IMG/VR virus record: IMGVR_UViG_3300024262_006558
Location: 1-64,000 of that record
Length of the DNA stretch: 64,000 nt
Direction: 5' to 3' (one strand)
Shown: positions 55,401 through 63,602 of the stretch, piece after piece
How the letters are laid out: each line of letters begins with the position of its first letter
Numbering within the stretch: the stretch's first letter is position 1
The notes under the pieces: model-generated
Told to the model about the DNA's origin: nothing
What the model saw: only the letters and a program-made list of their open reading frames with translations
Databases searched by the model: none
Program-made: the position numbers and the translations under genes

Positions 55401-56097
55401 AAACCATCTCATAACCACTTATTCTATCACCATCTCCAGATGCTCTAGTATAAAACGGTTGTATTGATTGGCTCTCTTTGAGATCTGATGTTTTTATATA
55501 TTTGTCTTCACCATTAGAAAGCCATAAATGTTCTGAAGTAGCCATTACGTGAGAATCATCATCAAACGTCACTTTATACACATCTTGTTCGCCTTTATAT
55601 ATGACTCTTTGACATATAGCTGGCTCACTTCTCTGTAATTCAGGATTATATGAATAAACATGGAAATTTTCCATATTTTCATCATATAGCTCTTCTATTG
55701 TTTTTCTTTCCCCACTTAAAAGCGGGATTACAGTATTTGCATCCAAGCATTCATCCCTCATGATGTCAAGCGCTGCCGCTATCTCAGGGGATTGGTCCAT
55801 AGCCCTAAAGTCTTGATAGGATGTTATTCTATCCGCATCAAAATACATAGTTCTCGTATACAAGTCTCTAGCTATTGAGTCTACTTGCCAATCAAGGAAC
55901 TGTTGTTGTTGCTGCTCTCTAGGGTCTTGATATCTATAAAATCTATCGTCACCTTTCTTCCCAGAGCCATTATCCTGACTTGGAGTGTGCCCTACTGGGG
56001 CTTGTGTGTATTCCTTTTCTCCAGGATCTCTAGGATCTGGCTTGAATCGTTGTGCAACTCTTTGAAATATTGTTTTTTGTGCGTTATTATCTGCCAT
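52456..56097 (-). CDS. Portal vertex protein (T4 gp20-like) with intein
   Basis: [13 protein letters not shown], RIWIR-like [62 protein letters not shown], DIEY. Confidence 0.95.
   Translation of the reverse strand: [1213 protein letters not shown]
54334..55749 (-). mobile_element. Intein (472 aa) with HNH endonuclease in portal
   Basis: [10 protein letters not shown] ... ATSEHLW ... [16 protein letters not shown] ... [14 protein letters not shown] ... [10 protein letters not shown]. Confidence 0.95.
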
Positions 56098-56133
56098 TTG
56101 ATAAAATATATATAATCATTGTTGTAATATCAA

Positions 56134-57885
56134 TTAATCTAGTAACCAACTTAGATCATTGTCCTCTTCAGCCGCCTGCGTGGCAGCGTCCTTAGATAAA
56201 TAGATGGGTTTCATATTTGACTTATGCTTCTCATCAAATTCTTTTGTTTTCTTTTTAGTGTGTTGTCTATCTGCCTCAGAAGAACCTTTACCATCATAAG
56301 GGTTCTGGCTATAGCTTATAGCTCCAAGCATTGCTTTATACAAGTTTCTCCCCTCTACAGCTTTCTCCCAAACATATTCTTTAATATAACAAACAATAGC
56401 GAATGCTATCAAAAGGTCATCATGACTTCCTGATTCATGCTCAATTTTACCATTGGGCTTTTGAACAAATGTCTCCATTTCTATAACCACTCTAGGCGAA
56501 TTAAGCGTAACTACTTTTTCTGATAAATATTTCTTAAGAGCGCTAATTAATAAAGGTCTTGTTTTTGGCGTGGTCTGAAACCCTGGCACCACTTCATTTT
56601 CAACCACTTTAAATCTAGAATCTCTAGGCCCAGTCCAAGTCTCTCTATAAGCTGAAGCTTTATGGACTCTTTTGTATCCTAAATTCTTATGCAACTCATA
56701 ACAAGTTGCTGATCCCATATTATTAAACTCAATAGCAACGTAAGCTTCATTGTAAACCATTCCTACAGCATATATTACATGAGCTAATTCGTGAGCGTCT
56801 AATTTCTTATGATACTCAGCCACTTGAATCATATCTATAGCTTCAAATACTTGTATAGTAGAGTAATCCTTTCCATCTCCACGCGCAACATCTGATGCAA
56901 TTATGTACTCGCAACCTTCAACTGGCTTATGATATACCCAGAATGAATTTTTATCCTTAACAAAAGGATCCTCACCTTCTTTATGCTTCTTCTCATCAAA
57001 ATAACAAATAGGTTTAGTTCCATTAGTTTGTTGAGCATAATATTTCCTAACCCTATCTGGGATAACGGTGGCCTTCGAACCTTCAAAAGATAAATCAAGC
57101 TCTTGAGCAATTTTTACCTCATCTCTATGTAATTGATTACATATCTCTTCATACCAAGGGCTCCAATACCTAGTGGTTCCATCGTCTTGAGCTCTAAGCT
57201 CAAGACCCTGAGCACAGTAAGGATTGTCTTTCCAGTGTACAACGCTTCTACAGAACTTATTCTGTCCCTTGATAGAAGATTGCCAAGTTTTATAGTAATA
57301 GCCTGAGGTACCGTTAGGTGTCGAAATAATGATAGTCTTACCACCAGTTCTGGATACAGCAAGACCAGCTCCCATATTGATTTGATCCGCATGTTCAATA
57401 AAAGCTGCTTCATCCAAAATCAACATTGTCAAAGAATCCCCACGACCAGCGTCTGGAGAAGATGCCACAGCCTTAATGCTTGATCCATTAGAAAATGTAA
57501 GTTCGTTTTGATTATCCTTAAGCCTAGCTTCAGGCATTAAGAATGGAGGCGTGTTATTAATATATTGTTTAACTGTTTCTAGGAATCTTTTCGCTCCTTT
57601 AAAATCATTGGCAATAATTAGTATTCTTTGATCGTGTTTAAATAAAGCCGCCCATGCAACATATCCAGCGGTAGCAACCGATAAACCTGTTTGCCTACTT
57701 TTTAGTATAATGTTATTTTGATACTTGTTAAACTTGTAGATTACTCTCTTTTGGTATTCATATGGGGAAAACTTTGAAAGCTCACTTGTATCCGCATCGA
57801 AAATAACTCCGTAATTCTCCAGGTAATATATCGGATCAGCCATGCATTTGGCCAACTCTAATTCTTCGTAGGTAAGTTCAGACAT
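56134..57885 (-). CDS. terL: Terminase large subunit (T4 gp17-like)
   Basis: LKSRQTGLS, LILDEAAF, ISTPNG, QELDLSF, ASDVARGDGKDYS, IEFNNMG, HDDLLIA. Confidence 0.96.
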   Translation of the reverse strand: MSELTYEELELAKCMADPIYYLENYGVIFDADTSELSKFSPYEYQKRVIYKFNKYQNNIILKSRQTGLSVATAGYVAWAALFKHDQRILIIANDFKGAKRFLETVKQYINNTPPFLMPEARLKDNQNELTFSNGSSIKAVASSPDAGRGDSLTMLILDEAAFIEHADQINMGAGLAVSRTGGKTIIISTPNGTSGYYYKTWQSSIKGQNKFCRSVVHWKDNPYCAQGLELRAQDDGTTRYWSPWYEEICNQLHRDEVKIAQELDLSFEGSKATVIPDRVRKYYAQQTNGTKPICYFDEKKHKEGEDPFVKDKNSFWVYHKPVEGCEYIIASDVARGDGKDYSTIQVFEAIDMIQVAEYHKKLDAHELAHVIYAVGMVYNEAYVAIEFNNMGSATCYELHKNLGYKRVHKASAYRETWTGPRDSRFKVVENEVVPGFQTTPKTRPLLISALKKYLSEKVVTLNSPRVVIEMETFVQKPNGKIEHESGSHDDLLIAFAIVCYIKEYVWEKAVEGRNLYKAMLGAISYSQNPYDGKGSSEADRQHTKKKTKEFDEKHKSNMKPIYLSKDAATQAAEEDNDLSWLLD

Positions 57886-57900
57886 AATTCCCTATTTTCT

Positions 57901-57908
57901 TATAAATA
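57901..57908 (-). promoter_or_regulatory. Putative late promoter motif TATTTATA
   Basis: 15 nt upstream of terL ATG. Confidence 0.6.
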
Positions 57909-57921
57909 GGGGAAAATAAGC

Positions 57922-58236
57922 TTAAAGACCCACAAAGACCTTCACTGCATCAAAGTCAGAATCAGGTAAAACTTGATAAGTGTCCGTGATATAAATAACT
58001 GATGTAGAGCTGTTTTTGTAATAAACTTGATAATCTCCCACTGTTGATGCTGACCAAGAACTAGCATAAGCTCCTGTTTCAGCATTAACTAAAGACATTG
58101 AGACGGTGTCGCCAGTAATTGGAGTTCCATCACGGTATATATCAATATCAAAAGTTACTGGAGTAACTGCAGAATTGTTTCTATCTACCGAGTAAATAAT
58201 TTCATTAATTGTCTCGCCTGTCCTAAATCTTGCCAT
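57922..58236 (-). CDS. Hypothetical beta-rich virion protein
   Basis: Ig-like pattern GAYASSWS...GDYQVYY; TATTTATA at 58240-58247. Confidence 0.65.
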   Translation of the reverse strand: MARFRTGETINEIIYSVDRNNSAVTPVTFDIDIYRDGTPITGDTVSMSLVNAETGAYASSWSASTVGDYQVYYKNSSTSVIYITDTYQVLPDSDFDAVKVFVGL

Positions 58237-58257
58237 AATTATAAATATATGCTATTT

Positions 58258-58395
58258 TTAAGGAGTTATAAATAAATCATCTTCTGGATCCAAAGTTTGT
58301 TCGAAAACTTTATATTCGGACAAACTATACTCTTTTATAACTGCGCTATTAGGATCTATGCCTTGATCTACTTTTAAACTACTTGCAACCTTCAT
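58258..58395 (-). CDS. Small acidic ORF (45 aa, not in ORF track)
   Basis: MKVASSLKVDQGIDPNSAVIKEYSLSEYKVFEQTLDPEDDLFITP; start overlaps patatin end and ORF fills the gap. Confidence 0.4.
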   Translation of the reverse strand: MKVASSLKVDQGIDPNSAVIKEYSLSEYKVFEQTLDPEDDLFITP

Positions 58396-59359
58396 TATTT
58401 CCTTTTTCAACTTTCTCATTGACAAGTACTATACTTCTCTTTTCACAAGTACCGTCTTCTATACCTTTCATTCCTAAATTCCACCAATCCTCCATTACTT
58501 TTTTATCAAACATAAGAGAATTTTCAGCTAGCATATAAGGGGTATAATAAACATTTATTTTCACATCTTTATCTTTTGCCTTAAGTCTACCTATAGATAT
58601 ATCATCCTTTGAAATTTCTTTATGCATAATCCCACTAACTCTCATAAAAAGCTGTAAAACATTTTTAGCAAAAAAATTATCTTTAGCTGCGTACTTAGCT
58701 GGTCTATGAACAATTACATCAATCTCATCAACCCCTCTATCTATAGCTCCTTGAATTGGTATATGCTCTATTATTCCTCCATCCACAAATTCGCTTCCTT
58801 CTTTTTTAAGTAAAGACATCCATATTGGAACATTTGAAGATGCCCACATCCAATCAACAAAATCCTCATAACTATATTCATTTGAAGATTTGTATTCTGA
58901 TAATCCTGTTTTTAAATTAACAACTACAGCAACTAACTCTTTACCTAGCTCTTCTCTTATTTTAATATAATCTTGTTCAGTAAAAAGTCCTTTAATTGTT
59001 TTTCTTAAATTTTCAGACTCACCTAGAGTTGGTCTATTTTCTCCTTTAAACAATTTACATATAGGATTTAATATCAAAACTCTATATAAGGCATTAAAAA
59101 CATTTATTCCACCTTTTTTAGTAAAAGGATTAATGTTGAATATACTTTCTTGAGTGACTGAAGTATATGCCTCTTTCAATCTTGCCATTTCCTTTGTTGC
59201 GGTCAATGGAGATAATAAAATTCCAGTAGATGATCCAATACAAACATCGTAATCACCTCCATTTTTATTAATTAAACCTTCTATGGTTCCACCGCCCCAT
59301 GCACCGAAAGCTCCACCGCCACTTGCTACAATTGCTCTTGTTTTTTTCTTATTACTCAT
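58379..59359 (-). CDS. Patatin-like phospholipase
   Basis: SGGGAFG oxyanion loop, GSSTG nucleophile elbow, ASSNVP, VDGG catalytic Asp. Confidence 0.93.
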   Translation of the reverse strand: MSNKKKTRAIVASGGGAFGAWGGGTIEGLINKNGGDYDVCIGSSTGILLSPLTATKEMARLKEAYTSVTQESIFNINPFTKKGGINVFNALYRVLILNPICKLFKGENRPTLGESENLRKTIKGLFTEQDYIKIREELGKELVAVVVNLKTGLSEYKSSNEYSYEDFVDWMWASSNVPIWMSLLKKEGSEFVDGGIIEHIPIQGAIDRGVDEIDVIVHRPAKYAAKDNFFAKNVLQLFMRVSGIMHKEISKDDISIGRLKAKDKDVKINVYYTPYMLAENSLMFDKKVMEDWWNLGMKGIEDGTCEKRSIVLVNEKVEKGNNEGCK

Positions 59360-59379
59360 TCTTTATATATATATATAAT

Positions 59380-60450
59380 TTAAACGTTTCCATGTACTCC
59401 AGCATAGTCCATAACCCCTGCAGATAATTGACCATATAAATATTGCTGTATTGTGTTGCCTTCTTGATTTATTACTGTTAAAAGCCAATCATGAACTGAT
59501 GTGTCTGAAGTCAGAATAGATGCTATAAGAGGGTTTGTGTTACCTTTTACATATTTGTTTATGTCTGAGTCTAAGCTGTCTAAGAATGGCATTGCTATAG
59601 CTTCAGCTTCAGGTATAGATGTAGCTCCTGAGTGAGACATTAATATTAATCCTCCTGTAGCAAGAATAACTTCATCAATAACATTTTCTCTTCTCCTAAC
59701 CCCTTCTGATCTAGCTAATTTCTTAGTATAATATTTTGTTGAGTCTTTTGTGTTAATTGTGTCATATTCACCATCGGCTTTAACCCATGATCTTTTAACA
59801 AGCCTGTGAGACACATACCCATCAGCTTCAACGTGATATTGAAACTCCGCCTTTAGAATAGGGTTTTCATATACTAGGTCAGACAATCCTGTCTGAGGAT
59901 TAATTACAATATTAACAGTTTCATAATATTCAGTATTTATTAAAAAACCATTAGAAAATGTAAATTTAGGATGCAATTTTCCATTTATATCTTTTTTATA
60001 GTCTATAGATTTTGGAGTTATTGTGTAATCTAATTCACCAAGCCTTTCAATTGTATCATCAGAAATATAGTGATACAACTTATAATGATTATATTTCTCT
60101 TGCTCTTCTTCAGTTAATACTTCATCTCTTTTATCTTTATCTACAATAAAGTTCTTACTTAATATTTTTTTTTCTTCTAAAGTATAAGCACTCCATGTCT
60201 GCCCAGTATTAGATTCATATATATCCCTTATTTCTTCTCTTACGAAAAAATGTCTCTGCCCAGCTTCTTCACCAAATTTTTCCCAATTAACTATTGAAGT
60301 TATGTTACTATACCCTGGGTACGTAGATGACCCTGAAACAACAAATGTAGTTGCTCCGCTTAACTCTTTCTCATCCCAAACTAATGCTTCTAAACCAATT
60401 CTGTAATCAGTTAATCCGCTTAAATTATATGCAAATATATTATTTCCCAT
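59380..60450 (-). CDS. Hypothetical virion/tail-associated protein
   Basis: TATTTATA at 60456-60463; shares an N-terminal segment with the neighbouring gene. Confidence 0.7.
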   Translation of the reverse strand: MGNNIFAYNLSGLTDYRIGLEALVWDEKELSGATTFVVSGSSTYPGYSNITSIVNWEKFGEEAGQRHFFVREEIRDIYESNTGQTWSAYTLEEKKILSKNFIVDKDKRDEVLTEEEQEKYNHYKLYHYISDDTIERLGELDYTITPKSIDYKKDINGKLHPKFTFSNGFLINTEYYETVNIVINPQTGLSDLVYENPILKAEFQYHVEADGYVSHRLVKRSWVKADGEYDTINTKDSTKYYTKKLARSEGVRRRENVIDEVILATGGLILMSHSGATSIPEAEAIAMPFLDSLDSDINKYVKGNTNPLIASILTSDTSVHDWLLTVINQEGNTIQQYLYGQLSAGVMDYAGVHGNV

Positions 60451-60468
60451 TTTTTTATAAATATTAAT

Positions 60469-61284
60469 TTATTTTTTACACATTTCTATTCTAGCCCTTC
60501 TCATTTTCACAGAAGTATTCTTTTTAGATTTTATCTTTATAGAAATTTTATATGAATCCTCGTCAAGATCCGCATAAACAAACCCGCTATAGGATTCCCA
60601 ATTATCTTTATTTTTGAATTCTATAGTATTTTCTGATAATGTACTAGAATCATCTATATCCACCTTAATATCTGTCGATTTGCTGTCGCTGCCACTAACT
60701 TCATAATACCAACCTATTCTATAATTTCCTTTTGGTATATCAATAGTGTTTAGTATGCAATTTTCATAATAAGAACTACTTGATGTTGTTATCTCACCCT
60801 CTGATGATGCGCTCTCAGAATAAGATGACGCTGGAGTTGTTGTTAAAACAGGTATATCATCACTAGACATTAGACTACTTAATATTGTTTCTAAATCTTT
60901 ATTTTTACTATCTTCATTTATTAAAGATTGAGTCTCAATAGAATATATCTTTATTTCATCTTCAGATAAAATAGATTCTCTATCACTTTTATTGGTAGCG
61001 AAATTTTTTGATAATTCTTCTTTTTCTCCATCTGATAATGATGAAAAATCTGTCACAGAATAGTAAGAAACTAAAGATTCTCTATATTCTGTGTATGTCA
61101 TATTTGATGATGAATAGCTGCTTTTTAAGTTATCTATATTTGTAACATCTGTAGAGTTATTAGATGCAAAATCATAATCATCAGAAACAACAATCAACTG
61201 CCTTCTTTTATATCTATCCTCAGGCTCTCCATCTACAAATATACTATCCTGCCTAGGCAATAAATCTAATCTTGCTATTTTCAT
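60469..61284 (-). CDS. Hypothetical virion/tail-associated protein
   Basis: Ser-rich linker, beta-rich C-terminal domain. Confidence 0.7.
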   Translation of the reverse strand: MKIARLDLLPRQDSIFVDGEPEDRYKRRQLIVVSDDYDFASNNSTDVTNIDNLKSSYSSSNMTYTEYRESLVSYYSVTDFSSLSDGEKEELSKNFATNKSDRESILSEDEIKIYSIETQSLINEDSKNKDLETILSSLMSSDDIPVLTTTPASSYSESASSEGEITTSSSSYYENCILNTIDIPKGNYRIGWYYEVSGSDSKSTDIKVDIDDSSTLSENTIEFKNKDNWESYSGFVYADLDEDSYKISIKIKSKKNTSVKMRRARIEMCKK

Positions 61285-61286
61285 AA

Positions 61287-63602
61287 TTAACTATTTATGG
61301 TCCAATTCATATCTGTAACTTTTATATTTTGTGATGATGATGTATTCTCAACAAAAATGGCTAACATATCTCCATTAGACACTTCTATAAGGCATTTAGA
61401 GTTAGAAAAAGTAGTTTCATTAGACCCTTGAGTTTTAGACGGGGCTTTAGAGCTATTTATCAACGCAAATCCAGAACCAGTATCCAAAGCTATATAGAAA
61501 TCCGCTTCTTGATTATTCCCTGATGTAAAATTTATTGAAGTATTCACTGATAATCTAATTGTAGTATCTCCAGTATAAGTTACAACACCTGCAGCATGAG
61601 AAAAGTCAGTAATAAAATCAACATTGTAATTATTTGATGCTATTTGGACTGGGGTGTCTGCTGCTGATATAATTGTGTTTGTGGCATTATTTAATATGTA
61701 AATCTCTACACTTGGTACAGAAACAGTCGTAAGGGTGCTTATATTTATAGATGTCCAACCAGATCCGTTATAGTAAAATATATCATCAGTAACAGGGGAT
61801 CCTGTAAATGAAACATCATTTAAATTAGATAGTACAGTATCATATTTATTTAAAAACACACTATTTAAATTTGTCCCTCCTGAATATATAGTTCCACCAG
61901 ATAATGTCGGAGCATAAACTCCTCCAGTAAATGTAGCACCAGATAGATTAGCTTTAGAATTAAGTGCTCCCTGTAAGTTATTTATATCACTTATGTTATG
62001 AGTATGAATCTTACTTGCAAACACATTATTTAAATTTGTCCCTCCTGAATATATATTACTAACATCCAATGATTCCCCAAAAAACACTGCCTCTGTTGTG
62101 TTTCCAGAAAAAACATCAGAATAAGTTGTTCCTGTTATATATAAATCTGTAAAATTTTGAGTTTCTAAACTTCCAGAGTCTCCCTTTAGTCCTCTAGGGC
62201 CTTGTATTTTAACAATATTAAGAGAGGATCCATTGGCTTGTAATTGAAGTGTCCCACCTCCCTGTCCTCTTCTAAATCCTATTCTTAATTTATACCCTTC
62301 TTTTAAATCTAAAGAAACAAAAAATGATCCTGTTGCACCAAACCCTGTTTGCCTGATATACATCTCAGATAACGTACCGTCTACTTCTTGCCATGTGGAT
62401 CCTGTGTTTATTTCTAGTCTACATTCTGCCTGAGTTCTACTAGTACTACCAGTTCCTTTTATAGACACTCTACCAAGAACAAGATATGTAAAATCTGAAT
62501 TTATAGTAACTTCATCACTGTCTACTATTACATCATGAGAAAAGTTTAAATCTGTTTTCCTTTCTTCATTTAGAGGTACTGTTGCGACCCAGGCTGTAGA
62601 TGTTGTCGTTGTTCCCCCGACTCCATCATAAGCATCAAAATAAGAAGTTGATAAACCTGATAGCGACTCATCTATTATAGAGTCTATTATATCTTCTAAA
62701 TATGTTCCGCCAGAATATATAGTAGTAGCCGATAATATATTAAATAATGAATCTCCACTAACTGAGATGTTATCAAATGAACCTCCACTTATATTTACCG
62801 TTGGATTATTGTCCGTCCCCCCAGTAAATGTATTTAACCCATCTTGAACTCTTGTTATGTCACTTGTGCCCCCAGTTGGTATCAAAGATATAATTACATC
62901 CTCTAAATCTGTTCCGCCTGAATATATAGTCCCACCAGATAATGTCGGAGCATAAACTCCTCCAATAAACGTAGCGCCAGATAAATTAGCTTTAGAATCT
63001 AGGATGCCCTGGAGATTGTTTATATCACTTATATTATGCGTGTGAATCTTGCTTGCAAACACATCACTTAAATCCGTGCTTCCAGAATATATAGTAGTAG
63101 CCGATAACGCATTAAATAAAGAACTTCCACTAATTGAAATGTTATCAAATGACCCCCCGCTTATATTCACAGTAGGATTTAAAATAGTACCTCCAGTAAA
63201 TGTATTTAATCCATCTTGTATTTTTGATGAATTTTGTGCTGTAGATGCCGTTATTACACTTTCTAAATCAGTTCCACCTGACAATATCACACCAAAAGAT
63301 GCTGTAGACGCTGTTACATTCCCAACTATTGTTACATCTGAATTTATAACACCATTATATGCTGCTATATAATTAATTCCTACCGTATTAACATTTATAA
63401 TTAAATCCCCGTCTGATGATAAAATAATATCACCAGAATCAACACTACTTTGAAGATCCAATGAAGCCCTTACTTCATCAATAGTAAAATTGCCATCAGG
63501 AGAAATTAACTCGGTAGAAGTGCCTGCTGAAAAAATAGTTCCATTAGGCTCTATTAAATCACTTATTAATTGAGTTGTTATAGCGCTTAATATAATCCCC
63601 AT
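61287..63602 (-). CDS. Tail fibre/adhesin-like protein with internal duplications
   Basis: HTHNISDINNLQG and SGGTIYSGGT repeats; two beta-sandwich (C1q-like) segments. Confidence 0.75.
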   Translation of the reverse strand: MGIILSAITTQLISDLIEPNGTIFSAGTSTELISPDGNFTIDEVRASLDLQSSVDSGDIILSSDGDLIINVNTVGINYIAAYNGVINSDVTIVGNVTASTASFGVILSGGTDLESVITASTAQNSSKIQDGLNTFTGGTILNPTVNISGGSFDNISISGSSLFNALSATTIYSGSTDLSDVFASKIHTHNISDINNLQGILDSKANLSGATFIGGVYAPTLSGGTIYSGGTDLEDVIISLIPTGGTSDITRVQDGLNTFTGGTDNNPTVNISGGSFDNISVSGDSLFNILSATTIYSGGTYLEDIIDSIIDESLSGLSTSYFDAYDGVGGTTTTSTAWVATVPLNEERKTDLNFSHDVIVDSDEVTINSDFTYLVLGRVSIKGTGSTSRTQAECRLEINTGSTWQEVDGTLSEMYIRQTGFGATGSFFVSLDLKEGYKLRIGFRRGQGGGTLQLQANGSSLNIVKIQGPRGLKGDSGSLETQNFTDLYITGTTYSDVFSGNTTEAVFFGESLDVSNIYSGGTNLNNVFASKIHTHNISDINNLQGALNSKANLSGATFTGGVYAPTLSGGTIYSGGTNLNSVFLNKYDTVLSNLNDVSFTGSPVTDDIFYYNGSGWTSINISTLTTVSVPSVEIYILNNATNTIISAADTPVQIASNNYNVDFITDFSHAAGVVTYTGDTTIRLSVNTSINFTSGNNQEADFYIALDTGSGFALINSSKAPSKTQGSNETTFSNSKCLIEVSNGDMLAIFVENTSSSQNIKVTDMNWTINS

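Noticed and set aside
946-63372. Many short opposite-strand or out-of-frame ORFs in the track (e.g. 946-1188, 9038-9346, 27599-27916, 31307-31597, 33956-34300, 63049-63372)
   Set aside because: They lie entirely within well-supported genes, have atypical composition and no motifs; they are shadow ORFs.
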